NCBI GenBank assembly: GCA_964016885.1
Contig: OZ024743.1
Span: 345,650,001-345,714,000 of the forward strand
From: Eledone cirrhosa
Lineage: Eukaryota
DNA length: 64,000 bases
Direction: 5' to 3'
Positions 63,207-64,000 of the stretch are shown here, one piece after another; position 1 is the stretch's first letter, and every line of letters starts with the position of its first letter. The notes under the pieces were generated by a model, which was not told the DNA's origin, ran no database searches, and was given only the letters and a program-made list of their open reading frames with translations. The translations under genes and the position numbers were made by a program.

Positions 63207-63969
63207 ATAATAATAAATTTGAAGACTAAAATCCAAAGAGGGCTCGATAAGGATAAATATATATCAAATATATAAGAACCGTAGAGCAAACAAAGTGCTC
63301 AACTAAACAAGCATTGGTGAAATTCTAAGTTTGAATTGTGTGCATCGCAAATGCAAATCTATATTATAAAAAGCACGCTTTCTCCGTCTGTCTGTCCGTC
63401 GCATTTACTGTAGAAGGAGTGAAAAGGGGAGGAAACCTCTTCTTGAAATTTGAGAGAAAAGTGAGATAACTTACGTCTTGCTTATAGTTTCTCGCAAGCT
63501 TAAGAATCTATAATGGTAAGAGTTTATAAGGAAGTGTTTTTTGCATTAGAAGCACAATTAAGCAGAATCTACAATGCCGCCATCTGCGCCATCTGGGAGT
63601 TACCGTGGTCTCTTACATTGCACTGCGTGCAACTTTTGGTGCATCTTCTCTGTAACAACTCAATATTTGTGTGTACAAAGAGGGCCGAATATTTCTCTAA
63701 CAAGGTTTACTTACTAGATTATTTCAGAACTATTATTTTAACTAAAAAAATAATAGTTCTGAAAATCGAGTAACAATGGAGACGAAAAATAAGTAGACAG
63801 GAACCCCAGTTAGGGGTTGTTAGCCACGAAGCTATAGAGCCCCTGGCAAGGAATTTCGTCTTTTTAGAAAATATATACCTTGTAGCTAGAAGTGAAAATA
63901 AAGTAGTAGACTTATGGAATGAAGCAGAATTTTTTAATTGAAATGTGTGCGTACCAACGCAATTGACCA

Positions 63970-64000
63970 TAATAATTGTTATTACTTTTAGGCACAAGGC
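63970..64000 (-). mobile_element. 3' tail of SINE family 1, cut by window end
   Basis: ATAATTGTT..TTTAGGCACAAGGC matches 21314-21342. Confidence 0.7.

Noticed and set aside
63358-63860. Helitron-like 5' end TCTATATTATAAAA..GTCTGTCTGTCCG
   Set aside because: No convincing 3' hairpin plus CTRR end found, so it is left uncalled.

Overview
AT-rich, microsatellite-saturated eukaryotic DNA, mostly intergenic or intronic. I infer a cephalopod, probably Octopus, from its tRNA-derived SINE families; this rests on recognition, not a search. No long ORF in the supplied track is a credible gene: nearly all are translated (TA)n, (CA)n, (GA)n or triplet repeats. Recognisable elements are decayed transposons: a mariner transposase, a Penelope-like RT plus GIY-YIG fragment, an RTE APE fragment, a Tx1/L1 fragment with an inversion, an R4/Dong tail in (TAA)n, a Helitron with STPR repeats, and many SINEs. 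There is also a 200-N gap and a short chain of phase-compatible candidate exons on the minus strand near 42.3-43.0 kb. The main signal is about 15 type I hammerhead ribozyme motifs from about 8 sequence families, found by eye on both strands. They sit in small non-coding elements that end in (TA)n runs and usually form head-to-head inverted pairs. Two families form tandem arrays of about 520-535 bp monomers with one hammerhead per monomer (18.15-20.05 kb and 21.5-22.7 kb). This resembles a retrozyme or circular-RNA system probably mobilised by Penelope-like elements. Folds were derived manually and activity is untested.
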